From Parcubacteria group bacterium (lineage in GTDB: Bacteria; Patescibacteriota; Minisyncoccia; Phycocordibacterales; DATDWN01): a stretch of DNA of 64,000 bases. Each line of letters opens with the position of its first letter. Position 1 is the first letter of the stretch. Location: positions 43,593-107,592 of the forward strand of contig DAORIV010000001.1 of NCBI GenBank assembly GCA_035438705.1. Direction: 5' to 3'. The position numbers and the translations under genes were made by a program. Shown one piece after another: positions 18,691 through 27,976 of the stretch. The notes under the pieces were generated by a model that made no database searches, was not told where the DNA came from, and worked only from the letters and a program-made list of their open reading frames with translations.

Positions 18691-19284
18691 ATGGAAACTA
18701 TTAAACAAAAAACAGAAAAGGCCTTTGATGTTCTAAAGAGTGAATTTGGCTATAAAAATGCAATGCAAGCTCCTCACATAATGAAGGTGGTTATATCTTC
18801 TGGTATAGGATCTGTTAAAGATAAAAAGAAAATTGAACTTATTGCTGATAGACTTTCAAAAATTACCGGTCAAAAGCCTGTTAGAAAGGGAGCAAAGATT
18901 TCTATTGCTGCATTTAAGGTTAGAGAGGGCGATCCAGTAGGTATGCAAGTAACATTAAGAGGAGCTAGAATGTATGATTTTCTAGATAAGTTGATAAATA
19001 TAGCTCTACCTAGAACAAAAGACTTTAGGGGCATTTCAAGTAATGGTATAGATGAAATGGGCAACTATACTCTAGGAATAAAGGAAAATACTATTTTCCC
19101 AGAATCTGGAGATGAAGATTTGAAAGACATCTTTGGACTTGCAGTTACAGTAGTAACAAACGTTAAGGATCCAAAGGAAACAAAAGCGTTCCTTACTCAT
19201 CTAGGATTCCCATTTAAAAAAGTGGAAACTAAAGAAGCAAGAGCAAAAGTAGAAGTAAAGAAGGGGGGATTTAGAAAGAAATAA
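18691..19284 (+). CDS. rplE: 50S ribosomal protein L5
   Basis: L5 family, 197 aa. Confidence 0.93.
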   Translation: METIKQKTEKAFDVLKSEFGYKNAMQAPHIMKVVISSGIGSVKDKKKIELIADRLSKITGQKPVRKGAKISIAAFKVREGDPVGMQVTLRGARMYDFLDKLINIALPRTKDFRGISSNGIDEMGNYTLGIKENTIFPESGDEDLKDIFGLAVTVVTNVKDPKETKAFLTHLGFPFKKVETKEARAKVEVKKGGFRKK

Positions 19285-19311
19285 AAAGAGGCTCGAAAGA
19301 GCCCTTTTTAT
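19284..19311 (+). terminator. terminator GAGGCTC-GAAA-GAGCCCTTTTT after rplE
   Basis: hairpin plus T-run. Confidence 0.55.
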
Positions 19312-19315
19312 ATTG

Positions 19316-19344
19316 TTGACATTCATAGGCAGAATTGCTAGTAT
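19316..19344 (+). promoter_or_regulatory. promoter TTGACA-17-TAGTAT (internal, before rpsN)
   Basis: identical architecture to the 15437 promoter. Confidence 0.55.
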
Positions 19345-19377
19345 GAACCCCGAGCTTAAAGGCTCTATTTTAATTCA

Positions 19378-19563
19378 ATGGCAAAAACATCAGTATTAGC
19401 AAGAGCAGCAAAGAAGCCAAAGTTTTCTACTCGGGCTACAAACCGATGTTTTAAATGTGGTCGTGGAAGAGCATTTATGAGAGATTTCGGTCTCTGCAGA
19501 ATATGCTTCCGTGAACTTGCTAATGAAGGTAAGATACCAGGAGTGAAGAAATCGTCTTGGTAA
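19378..19563 (+). CDS. rpsN: 30S ribosomal protein S14, type Z (zinc-binding)
   Basis: 61 aa with CxxC...CxxC. Confidence 0.93.
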   Translation: MAKTSVLARAAKKPKFSTRATNRCFKCGRGRAFMRDFGLCRICFRELANEGKIPGVKKSSW

Positions 19564-19632
19564 AATATTAAGTCAGTTTAGGTAAGTCCAAATCGCTAGA
19601 AGAGGAAACTACCTAAATATAATAAAAACAAA

Positions 19633-20019
19633 ATGGATCCAATTTCAAACATGATAGTAATGATAAAGAATGCATCTGATTCAAAGAAAGAGTCAGTAGT
19701 TTTTTCTTATTCTAAAATAAAATTAGCAATATTAGATCTTTTGCAAAAAGAAGGTTTTATTAAATCTTTTGGGAAAAAGGGCAAAAAGGTGGTTAAGTTT
19801 ATTGAAGTAGAATTAATGTATTCTGGTAAAGAGCCAAGGATTAATGGTGTAAAAAGAGTTTCAAAAACTTCTAAAAGAGTTTATTTTGGAACAAAGGAAA
19901 TAAAGAAGGTTAAAAATGGTTTGGGTAGCTTGATAATGTCAACTCCGAAAGGAATTATGACAGATAAAATGGCTCGTGAAGCAAAGGTCGGAGGAGAGGC
20001 ATTGTTTGAAATATGGTAA
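19633..20019 (+). CDS. rpsH: 30S ribosomal protein S8
   Basis: S8 family, 128 aa. Confidence 0.93.
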   Translation: MDPISNMIVMIKNASDSKKESVVFSYSKIKLAILDLLQKEGFIKSFGKKGKKVVKFIEVELMYSGKEPRINGVKRVSKTSKRVYFGTKEIKKVKNGLGSLIMSTPKGIMTDKMAREAKVGGEALFEIW

Positions 20020-20030
20020 TTTAAAAAAAT

Positions 20031-20564
20031 ATGTCAAGAATAGGTAAAAAAGTAATAAGTATCCCAGCTGGAGTTGAAGTGAGTTACAATCACCCAGTTT
20101 TTACTGTAAAAGGCAAAGAAGGGACTCTAATTAAGAATTTCAATAATAGTATAGATATAAAAATAGAAGGCAATGAAATAACTCTTGCTCCAAAAGTAGT
20201 TACACTACAAAACAAGGCTCTTTGGGGAACATATTCTTCTCACATACAAAATATGGTAAAAGGTGTCGTCGCTCCTTTCGTTAAGAAACTTATCCTTGAA
20301 GGTATCGGTTATAAATCTGAAGTAAAAGGTACAAATCTTGTACTTGCTTTAGGATTTTCTCACCAAGTAAATGTGCCTATTCCTGAAGGATTAAAAGTTA
20401 CAGCTGAGAAGAACCTAATTACTATGTCAGGGGCTGATAAGGAAGTAGTAGGTAGTTTTGCAGCAAAAGTAAGATCTCTTAAGAAACCAGAGCCATATAA
20501 AGGTAAGGGTATGAGATATGAAGGGGAGGTAATAAAGAGAAAACAAGGTAAGAAAACTGCTTAG
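20031..20564 (+). CDS. rplF: 50S ribosomal protein L6
   Basis: L6 family, 177 aa. Confidence 0.93.
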   Translation: MSRIGKKVISIPAGVEVSYNHPVFTVKGKEGTLIKNFNNSIDIKIEGNEITLAPKVVTLQNKALWGTYSSHIQNMVKGVVAPFVKKLILEGIGYKSEVKGTNLVLALGFSHQVNVPIPEGLKVTAEKNLITMSGADKEVVGSFAAKVRSLKKPEPYKGKGMRYEGEVIKRKQGKKTA

Positions 20565-20589
20565 TCTAGAGTAATGAATAAAGAATAAA

Positions 20590-20940
20590 ATGAAAACATT
20601 AAATTCAAAAATAACAAATAGAATCAGAAGAAGAAACAGAATTAGATCTAAAATTTCTGGAACTACTTCGGTGCCTAGACTTTCAGTATTTAAATCAAAT
20701 ACAAGTATTTCAGCTCAACTTATCGATGATACAAAGGGTGCTACTATAGCTTCAGCACACAGTAGAGAAGTAAAGGGCAAGGGTCTCCTAGCTAAGGCAA
20801 CTGAAGTCGGTAAACTTATTGCTGAAAGAGCTTCAAAGAATAAAGTTACTAAGGTAGTTTTTGATAGAGGAGGTTTTATTTATACAGGAAACGTGAAAGC
20901 TTTGGCTGAAGCAGCTAGATCAGGAGGTTTGAAGTTTTAA
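20590..20940 (+). CDS. rplR: 50S ribosomal protein L18
   Basis: L18 family, 116 aa. Confidence 0.9.
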   Translation: MKTLNSKITNRIRRRNRIRSKISGTTSVPRLSVFKSNTSISAQLIDDTKGATIASAHSREVKGKGLLAKATEVGKLIAERASKNKVTKVVFDRGGFIYTGNVKALAEAARSGGLKF

Positions 20941-20954
20941 TTTATAATAAAAAT

Positions 20955-21521
20955 ATGGAAACAGAAGTAAAAAATGAAGAAATAATATCTGAGGCTCTAC
21001 CACAAGAAACTACGAGCGATCGTGCTCCTAGAGAGTTTAAGAGAAACAGTAGAAAACCTGCTCCAAAAAGAGAAGCTAGAGTTAAACCTGAATTCGATCA
21101 AAAAATAATCGATATTAGGAGAGTAACACGTGTTGTAACCGGAGGAAGAAGATTTAGTTTTTCTGTAGCAGTTGTTATTGGTGACAGAAAGGGGAGAGTT
21201 GGGGTTGGTATGGGTAAGGCAGGAGATACTCCAGTAGCTATAGATAAGGCCGTTAGAGACGCTAAGAAGAATATGATAAAAGTTAATCTAACTAAACATT
21301 CTTCACCTTTGCATGAAGTAAGTGCAAAATACTCTAGCTCTAGGGTTCTAATAATGAAGGCACCAGGAAAAGGAGTTTTGGCAGGTTCATCAGTTCGTGT
21401 AGTATTAGAATTGGCTGGTATTAAAGAGGTTAGTTCAAAGATTTTCTCTAGAAGTAAAAACAAGATTAATAACGCTAAAGCTGCTGTGAAAGCTCTTTCA
21501 TTAATGAAAGCACCTAAGTAA
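20955..21521 (+). CDS. rpsE: 30S ribosomal protein S5 (with N-terminal extension)
   Basis: S5 family, 188 aa. Confidence 0.93.
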   Translation: METEVKNEEIISEALPQETTSDRAPREFKRNSRKPAPKREARVKPEFDQKIIDIRRVTRVVTGGRRFSFSVAVVIGDRKGRVGVGMGKAGDTPVAIDKAVRDAKKNMIKVNLTKHSSPLHEVSAKYSSSRVLIMKAPGKGVLAGSSVRVVLELAGIKEVSSKIFSRSKNKINNAKAAVKALSLMKAPK

Positions 21522-21528
21522 TAAAAAT

Positions 21529-21969
21529 ATGCAAAATAATAATTTAAAAAGAAAGACACCTAACAAGAAATCCAAACAAGTTGGAAGAGGTGGTAAACAT
21601 GCAAAAACTTCTGGTAGAGGTACAAAAGGCCAAAATGCAAGAGCTGGACACAAAAAGAGACCAGAAATCAGAGATTTTATTAAGAGAATACCTAAGCTTA
21701 GAGGAAGAGGTAAAAATATAAATACTTCTATACAATCAAAGCCTGCTGTAATAAAACTATCTGTATTAAACAAGTTATGTAAAAATGGAGACACAGTCTC
21801 TCCAGTAACTTTGGTTAAACACAACCTGGTAAAAACTTTTGGTAATGTTACTCCTAAAATTAAAATCCTAGGGGGAGGGGATTTTGATAAGAAATTGATA
21901 TTTGAAGGTTGCCAAGTGTCTACTTCTGCAAAAGAGGCTATAATAAAGGCTGGTGGTAGTATTAATTAA
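21529..21969 (+). CDS. rplO: 50S ribosomal protein L15 (follows rpsE directly; no L30 gene)
   Basis: L15 family (KRKTPNKKSKQVGRGGKHAKTSGRGTKGQ). Confidence 0.9.
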   Translation: MQNNNLKRKTPNKKSKQVGRGGKHAKTSGRGTKGQNARAGHKKRPEIRDFIKRIPKLRGRGKNINTSIQSKPAVIKLSVLNKLCKNGDTVSPVTLVKHNLVKTFGNVTPKIKILGGGDFDKKLIFEGCQVSTSAKEAIIKAGGSIN

Positions 21970-21988
21970 TTTCTAAGCCTAAAACAAA

Positions 21989-23260
21989 ATGAAAGATTTT
22001 TTCGGTAAAATAAGCCTAGTTTTTCAAGATAGTATTTTAAGAAAAAAGATACTATTTACATTAGGAGCTCTAGTTTTGTTTAGAGTTCTTTCTGCTGTAC
22101 CTATTTCTGGTGTGGATGCGGGCAGACTAGCTCAGTTTTTTTCAAATAATCAATTTCTAGGTTTGCTAAACGTCTTTTCTGGAGGTGGCCTTTCACAACT
22201 TTCTATAGTTATGCTTGGTGTAGGTCCTTATATTACTGGATCTATAATAATGCAACTTCTTACAATAATGTCTCCTAAACTAAAGGCGATGTATCAAGAG
22301 GATGGAGAAGCAGGCAGAAGAAAATTTGCTCAATATGGAAGAATAATTACTATTCCACTTGCAATACTTCAATCATTTTCATTCCTAAAAATACTTGAAA
22401 ATCAGCAAATTATAACCAATCTTTCAGGTATGACATTATTCGTAAACTTGGCTGTTATCACAGCAGGTTCACTTCTACTTATGTGGATTGGAGAACTTGT
22501 TTCTGAATATGGTATCGGAAATGGTATTAGTTTGATCATATTTGCAGGTATAGTAGCCTCTCTTCCAAGTGCTATAGGTCAACTCATATTTGCTTTTGAC
22601 CCATCACAGATTGTGGTTTATCTAACTCTTCTTTTCGCTTCTATACTAGTTATTATAGGGGTGGTTGTGGTTACAGAAGCAGAAAGACCAATACCAGTTA
22701 CATATGCAAAGCAGGTTAGGGGTAATAGGGTTTTTGGGGGAACATCAACATATCTTCCTCTAAGAATAAACCAAGCTGGAGTTATTCCAATAATCTTTGC
22801 TTCATCTATACTACTATTTCCTCAAATGATTTTAAGTTTTCTTCAAAACTTAAATAATGAAGTAGTTAAAAATGTATCTACAACTATCTTATCCTTACTA
22901 AACAATAGCTGGTTTTATGGGGTAGCTTATTTCTTGCTTGTATTCATATTCACTTACTTCTACACAGCTGTAACTTTTGACCCAGATCAAATTTCTACAA
23001 ATTTACAAAAGAATGGAGCATTTATTCCTGGTGTAAGACCTGGAAAATCTACTTCTGATCATATTTCTAGAATACTAACTAGACTTACTCTTGTCGGAGC
23101 TTCATTTTTGGCAGTTATAGCTTTATTGCCTATAGTTGTTGCACAAACAACTGGTATTACAGCAATATCTATTGGAGGTACTTCACTTCTTATTATAGTG
23201 TCAGTTGTAATTGATTTGGTTAAGAAAGTTGACGCTCAAGTATCTATAAGAGAATATTAA
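21989..23260 (+). CDS. secY: preprotein translocase subunit SecY
   Basis: 10-TM SecY family, 423 aa. Confidence 0.95.
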   Translation: MKDFFGKISLVFQDSILRKKILFTLGALVLFRVLSAVPISGVDAGRLAQFFSNNQFLGLLNVFSGGGLSQLSIVMLGVGPYITGSIIMQLLTIMSPKLKAMYQEDGEAGRRKFAQYGRIITIPLAILQSFSFLKILENQQIITNLSGMTLFVNLAVITAGSLLLMWIGELVSEYGIGNGISLIIFAGIVASLPSAIGQLIFAFDPSQIVVYLTLLFASILVIIGVVVVTEAERPIPVTYAKQVRGNRVFGGTSTYLPLRINQAGVIPIIFASSILLFPQMILSFLQNLNNEVVKNVSTTILSLLNNSWFYGVAYFLLVFIFTYFYTAVTFDPDQISTNLQKNGAFIPGVRPGKSTSDHISRILTRLTLVGASFLAVIALLPIVVAQTTGITAISIGGTSLLIIVSVVIDLVKKVDAQVSIREY

Positions 23261-23288
23261 AAAAAGACCTCCCTCGGGAGGTCTTTTT
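23259..23288 (+). terminator. terminator AGACCTCCC-TCG-GGAGGTCTTTTT after secY
   Basis: hairpin plus T-run. Confidence 0.6.
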
Positions 23289-23296
23289 GTTTACAT

Positions 23297-23306
23297 CTGG
23301 TATAAT
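23297..23306 (+). promoter_or_regulatory. extended -10 (TGgTATAAT) ending 7 nt before the adk ATG at 23314
   Basis: TGnTATAAT element; leaderless arrangement. Confidence 0.4.
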
Positions 23307-23313
23307 ATTCTTT

Positions 23314-23901
23314 ATGACACCACAAACCTTTATATTTATTGGACGTTCAGGATGCGGAAAGGGAACTCAAGCAGAATTATTAATGCAGAAACTAAAGGAA
23401 AAAGATGACAGTAATGAAATATTCTATTTAGAAACAGGTCAAAAATTTAGGGATTTTACAAGTAGTGGGGGTTACACAAGTGGTCTTTCAAAAGAAATAC
23501 AAAGTAAGGGTGGATTACAACCTTCATTTCTTGCAGTATGGATATGGTCAAGTATATTTGTTGAAAAAATAAATAAAGATCAGCATTTGTTCATTGATGG
23601 AACTCCGAGGAAATTTAATGAAGCTCTTATTTTAGCAGAGGCAATGAAATTTTATGGTAGAAAACCATATGTGGTATACATAGATGTAGGGAGAACATGG
23701 GCTGAAGAAAGACTGTCTTCAAGACACAGAGAAGATGATTTAACTTTGATGGTTAAAAGTAGACTAGATTGGTTCGATACTGATGTAGTTCCAGTTGTTG
23801 AATACTTTAAAAGTAATACCGATGTGGATTTTATAAGTGTTAACGGGGAGCAGTCTATAGAAGAAGTTCACAACGAGTTATTATCTAAGCTAGGTTGGTA
23901 A
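23314..23901 (+). CDS. adk: adenylate kinase
   Basis: GRSGCGKGTQA P-loop; ATG at 23314 inside the predicted ORF 23287. Confidence 0.85.
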   Translation: MTPQTFIFIGRSGCGKGTQAELLMQKLKEKDDSNEIFYLETGQKFRDFTSSGGYTSGLSKEIQSKGGLQPSFLAVWIWSSIFVEKINKDQHLFIDGTPRKFNEALILAEAMKFYGRKPYVVYIDVGRTWAEERLSSRHREDDLTLMVKSRLDWFDTDVVPVVEYFKSNTDVDFISVNGEQSIEEVHNELLSKLGW

Positions 23902-23938
23902 GTTTTACAAGTTCTGATTTTGATGTATTGTTAGGGTA

Positions 23939-24709
23939 TTGATGATAAATATAAAGAAAAAAGAGGAAATTGAAATAATGAAAGAAGGTGGAAAACGCCA
24001 TTCATTTATACTGTCCGAACTATCTAAACTGGTGGTGCCTGGAGTTTCTACTCAAGAACTTGAGGATGCCGCTCGAAAGTATATAGAAGAGGGTGGAGAT
24101 AAGGCAGCTTTTCTAAACTACACTCCAAGGGGTGCAAAAAGACCATATCCAGCTGGTTTGTGTGTGTCAGTTAATGATGAAATAGTTCATGGAATACCGA
24201 ATGAGAATCCTAAAGTTCTAAAAGAGGGTGACGTTGTAACTCTGGATCTCGGTTTAGTTCATAAGGGTCTAATAACCGATAGTGCAGTGACTTTACCAGT
24301 TGGAGAAGTTTCAAATGAAAATCAAAAAATGATTGAGCATTGTAAAGAGGCATTATATTTGGGTATAAATGCAGCCCGTGGAGGAAATACTGTGGGTGAT
24401 ATCGGTCATGCCATTGAGTCATTTATTAAACCCTTAGGTTACGGCTTATCAGAGGGATTGGCTGGTCATGGGGTTGGTTATAAGGTTCATGAAGATCCGT
24501 TCGTTCCAAATGAGGGAAATAGGGGGCAAGGAGAGAAACTCGTTCCTGGTATGGTGATAGCTATTGAGCCAATGATTACACTAGGTAGTAGTAAAATCAC
24601 GTTAGCAAAAGATGGTTATACATACAAGACCAGAGATGGTTCAAATGCTGCACATTTTGAACACACGGTGGCAATTACTGACGGAAATCCTATAATACTT
24701 ACAAAATAA
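23939..24709 (+). CDS. map: methionine aminopeptidase type I
   Basis: MetAP family (pita-bread fold motifs), 256 aa. Confidence 0.9.
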   Translation: MMINIKKKEEIEIMKEGGKRHSFILSELSKLVVPGVSTQELEDAARKYIEEGGDKAAFLNYTPRGAKRPYPAGLCVSVNDEIVHGIPNENPKVLKEGDVVTLDLGLVHKGLITDSAVTLPVGEVSNENQKMIEHCKEALYLGINAARGGNTVGDIGHAIESFIKPLGYGLSEGLAGHGVGYKVHEDPFVPNEGNRGQGEKLVPGMVIAIEPMITLGSSKITLAKDGYTYKTRDGSNAAHFEHTVAITDGNPIILTK

Positions 24710-24718
24710 TATAAATTT

Positions 24719-25318
24719 ATGCATCCAAAAAAAGAAAGAACATTTGTGATAATTAAACCAGATGGTATTCAGAGATCATTGATTGGAGAAATTATAACTA
24801 GGTTAGAAAAAGTCGGATTAAAATTTATTGCAGTGAAGTTCTTTGTTCCTACCATAGAACAATGTATGGAGCATTATAAAAAAGACGATGTCTGGCTTAG
24901 AGAAAAAGGTCAAAGAATACTAGATAATAGAAAAGAAAAAGGACTTGCTGTGGAAAAAGATGCAATGGGTTATGGTAATGAAATTATAGAGAGGTTGGTT
25001 AAATTTATGACATCAGGACCTGTTTTAGCCATGGTGCTCGAGGGTAATAAGGCAGTGGGTGTTGTCAGAAAGCTTGTTGGTGGTACTGAACCATTAACAT
25101 CAGATGTGGGAACAATAAGGGGAGATCTGACACTTGATTCATATGATATATCTGGTACAGACGGTAGAGCGGTGAGAAATTTAATCCATTGTTCAGATAA
25201 AGTAGAAGAGGCAGAAAGAGAGATAAAAATATGGTTTAAGGAAAATGAAATAGTAAATTATAGATTCGCACACGAAGAAATATTATATGATATCGATTTA
25301 AATGGTATTTTGGAATAA
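24719..25318 (+). CDS. ndk: nucleoside diphosphate kinase, unusually long (199 aa)
   Basis: FVIIKPDGIQR ... NLIHCSD (N-x-x-H-x-S-D active-site region) with insertions. Confidence 0.75.
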   Translation: MHPKKERTFVIIKPDGIQRSLIGEIITRLEKVGLKFIAVKFFVPTIEQCMEHYKKDDVWLREKGQRILDNRKEKGLAVEKDAMGYGNEIIERLVKFMTSGPVLAMVLEGNKAVGVVRKLVGGTEPLTSDVGTIRGDLTLDSYDISGTDGRAVRNLIHCSDKVEEAEREIKIWFKENEIVNYRFAHEEILYDIDLNGILE

Positions 25319-25574
25319 GTTCTGACACATTTTAAGATTTTCTCAAGTTACATAATTAAAAAGTAGGGATATAATAATAAATAGGGTAGTGAATGATATT
25401 TTCTACCTAAAATTTATTTTTGGGAGTCTTAAATTTCTAGAGTTCTTGGACCCTAGGTGCGGACACCCACCTACTATCACAGTAGGCAAATATCTTTACT
25501 ACCCCACTAGTAAACCCACGAAAGTGGGATTTCTAGTTTAAGAAAAATAAAGTACAATTATAAATAGTAATTTT

Positions 25575-25970
25575 ATGAACAAAAGACTTTTTCGAAATAC
25601 TGCTATTTTGTTTTTTATAATTGGAGGTTCTAACTATTTAGGTAATAAACTGTATTTATATTGGACTACTTGGTGGCACGATATGATAATGCATTTTATT
25701 GCGGGTGTAGTGGTAGCAATGACATCTATTTTGTTCTATCAATTATTCTTTAAAAAATCAGAATGGTCTAAAAGTAAACTAGTCATGTTTTCTGTGGCAG
25801 TTACTATGATCGTCGGTTTGCTTTGGGAGTATTTTGAACTTTATTTTGAGATAACATCATTTGCTGACGGCTTGTCTTTCTGGACTGATACTTTGTCAGA
25901 TTTATTTCTGGATACTGTAGGAGGTTATCTGGGTGCTTTATATTCTATTAAAATATCAAAAAATGAGTAA
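25575..25970 (+). CDS. hypothetical small polytopic membrane protein
   Basis: 131 aa, 3-4 predicted TM helices. Confidence 0.5.
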   Translation: MNKRLFRNTAILFFIIGGSNYLGNKLYLYWTTWWHDMIMHFIAGVVVAMTSILFYQLFFKKSEWSKSKLVMFSVAVTMIVGLLWEYFELYFEITSFADGLSFWTDTLSDLFLDTVGGYLGALYSIKISKNE

Positions 25971-27336
25971 ATTACAAATTACATTCTATTCTGGTGTTGG
26001 AACAGTAACTGGCGCGAATTTTTTACTGGAAAGCTTGAGAACAAGAATATTAGTTGATTGTGGCTTAATACAGGGAACTCCGGATTCATACATTTTAAAT
26101 AAAAAATCTTTTGAATATGATCCAAAATCTGTAGATTATTTATTTATAACCCATGCACATATGGATCACATCGGTAGGGTGTGTAAGCTAGTTAGAGAGG
26201 GGTTTAGTGGAACTATTTATTCTACAGAAGAAACAAAAAGTTTGGCGAATGTAATGATAGCTGATGCCCTGAAGGTTATGAGTATGAAAGAAAAAGATCT
26301 AAATGCTGAAGTAAAAGAGGAGCCACTATATACATTGAATGATTTTAATAAAACCATGGCATTATGGAGAACTTTGCCATATTACAAAAAAACTAAAATC
26401 AACAATGAGTTTGAAGTTTTTCTAAAGGATGCTGGACATATACTTGGATCAAGTATGTATGAGTTCTTTTTTGAGGGCAAGAAAATTGTTTTTACTGGAG
26501 ATTCAGGCAATTCTCCGGCCCCACTTTTGAAAAATACAGATAGTATTACCGATGCCGATTTTCTTATAGTTGATAGTGTTTATGGAGATAGAAATCATGA
26601 AGATAAGGAAGTTAGAGATGAGAGGTTTAAAGAAGTTCTTTTAGATACAGTAAAAAGGGGAGGGGCATTGGTTATTCCAGCTTTTTCTATTGAAAGAACT
26701 CAAGTGGTTTTGTATATTCTTAATAATTTAATTGAAGAAAAACAAATACCATCAATTCCAGTTTTTCTAGATTCTCCATTGGCACTAAAGGTGACTGATA
26801 TTTATAAGCATTTTACAAAAGATTTTAATAAAAATGTTAAAGAAGAAATATCTTCTGGAGACAATATATTTAATTTCCCAAAGTTAAATATAATCCACAG
26901 TAAAGAGGAGTCGAATGAGATATTTAAAACTCCTAATCCCAAAATTATTATTGCTGGAAGTGGAATGTCTTCTGGTGGAAGAGTGGTTGGTCACGAAATG
27001 CAGTTTTTGCCAGATCCAAATTCAACCATTTTATTAATGGGTTACCAGGCTGTAGGTACTTTAGGCAGAAGAATTCAAGAAAAGCCTTCGTATGTTGAAA
27101 TAAATGGTCAAAATATACCTGTAAAAGCAAGAATAGAGAATATTACAGGTTACTCATCTCATAAAGATTCAGATGGTATTGTGGATATGGTTTCAAATAC
27201 AGCAAATACAGTTAAGAAAGTGTTCGTGGTAATGGGGGAGCCAAAATCTGCTTTGTTTCTAGCACAAAGATTGAGAGATGAGTTGGGGGTTAGTGTAACA
27301 TACCCAGAGCAAGGCATAAACTACAAACTATTTTAA
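25963..27336 (+). CDS. MBL-fold beta-CASP family RNA-metabolising hydrolase (RNase J / CPSF73-like)
   Basis: FITHAHMDHIG metal-binding motif, beta-CASP-like length; start at MSKLQITFYSG overlaps the upstream gene by 8 nt. Confidence 0.75.
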   Translation: MSKLQITFYSGVGTVTGANFLLESLRTRILVDCGLIQGTPDSYILNKKSFEYDPKSVDYLFITHAHMDHIGRVCKLVREGFSGTIYSTEETKSLANVMIADALKVMSMKEKDLNAEVKEEPLYTLNDFNKTMALWRTLPYYKKTKINNEFEVFLKDAGHILGSSMYEFFFEGKKIVFTGDSGNSPAPLLKNTDSITDADFLIVDSVYGDRNHEDKEVRDERFKEVLLDTVKRGGALVIPAFSIERTQVVLYILNNLIEEKQIPSIPVFLDSPLALKVTDIYKHFTKDFNKNVKEEISSGDNIFNFPKLNIIHSKEESNEIFKTPNPKIIIAGSGMSSGGRVVGHEMQFLPDPNSTILLMGYQAVGTLGRRIQEKPSYVEINGQNIPVKARIENITGYSSHKDSDGIVDMVSNTANTVKKVFVVMGEPKSALFLAQRLRDELGVSVTYPEQGINYKLF

Positions 27337-27366
27337 AAAAACCGGCATATGCTGGTTTTTTTAAAA
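27335..27366. terminator. bidirectional terminator (ACCGGCATATGCTGGT hairpin with A-run / T-run)
   Basis: between convergent beta-CASP gene and rplT. Confidence 0.55.
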
Positions 27367-27367
27367 G

Positions 27368-27712
27368 TTATTTAACTTGAGCGACTATTTTCTTGAATAC
27401 TTCTGGATTTTCTGTTGCTAGAGTAGCGAGTATTTTTCTATCTAGTAGGATGCCTTTCTTCTTAAGCCCTCCCATTAGTTTAGAGTATGAAGTTCCAAGT
27501 TCCTTTGCACCGTATGAAATCTTCACATTCCACATATTTCTAGCATCGCCTTTTTTGTCTCTTCTGTGAGCAAATGCGTAAGCTCCAGCGTGGTATAGAG
27601 CATCCCAAGCTTGTCTTTCTTTAGACTTTCTACCATGTCTAAAACCTTTTGTTCTTTTTAGAACATTTTTTCTTCCTTTCAGTGCATTTACTCCTTTTTT
27701 AACTCTTGTCAT
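27368..27712 (-). CDS. rplT: 50S ribosomal protein L20
   Basis: L20 family, 114 aa. Confidence 0.93.
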   Translation of the reverse strand: MTRVKKGVNALKGRKNVLKRTKGFRHGRKSKERQAWDALYHAGAYAFAHRRDKKGDARNMWNVKISYGAKELGTSYSKLMGGLKKKGILLDRKILATLATENPEVFKKIVAQVK

Positions 27713-27767
27713 GGTATTTCTTTAAAATTTAATTACTTAATATGCTATTTAAATTATTTTATATCAA

Positions 27768-27953
27768 TTATTTGATATAAAATGCCTTGTCTTTGTTACT
27801 CATAGGGAAGTTAACTCCTCTTTTCTTTGAAAGTTGTGATCTTCGAGACTCCTTAGCATTGAAATGGTTTTGGCCAGTTTTTCTAGCTTTTATTTTTCCA
27901 TTCTTACTAACTTTCAATCTTTTAGTGAATGATTTGTTTGTTTTTGTGCTCAT
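27768..27953 (-). CDS. rpmI: 50S ribosomal protein L35
   Basis: 61-aa basic protein between infC and rplT. Confidence 0.8.
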   Translation of the reverse strand: MSTKTNKSFTKRLKVSKNGKIKARKTGQNHFNAKESRRSQLSKKRGVNFPMSNKDKAFYIK

Positions 27954-27976
27954 AATTTTGTATTCAAATTTATATT

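Noticed and set aside
3053-24422. Numerous 60-170-aa antisense or out-of-frame ORFs inside fusA, tuf, r-protein genes, secY, map (e.g. 3053..3511, 4331..4672, 5077..5283, 11052..11558, 17313..17963, 21098..21824)
   Set aside because: They are fully embedded in well-supported conserved genes, have low-complexity composition, and lack their own signals. They are typical shadow ORFs.
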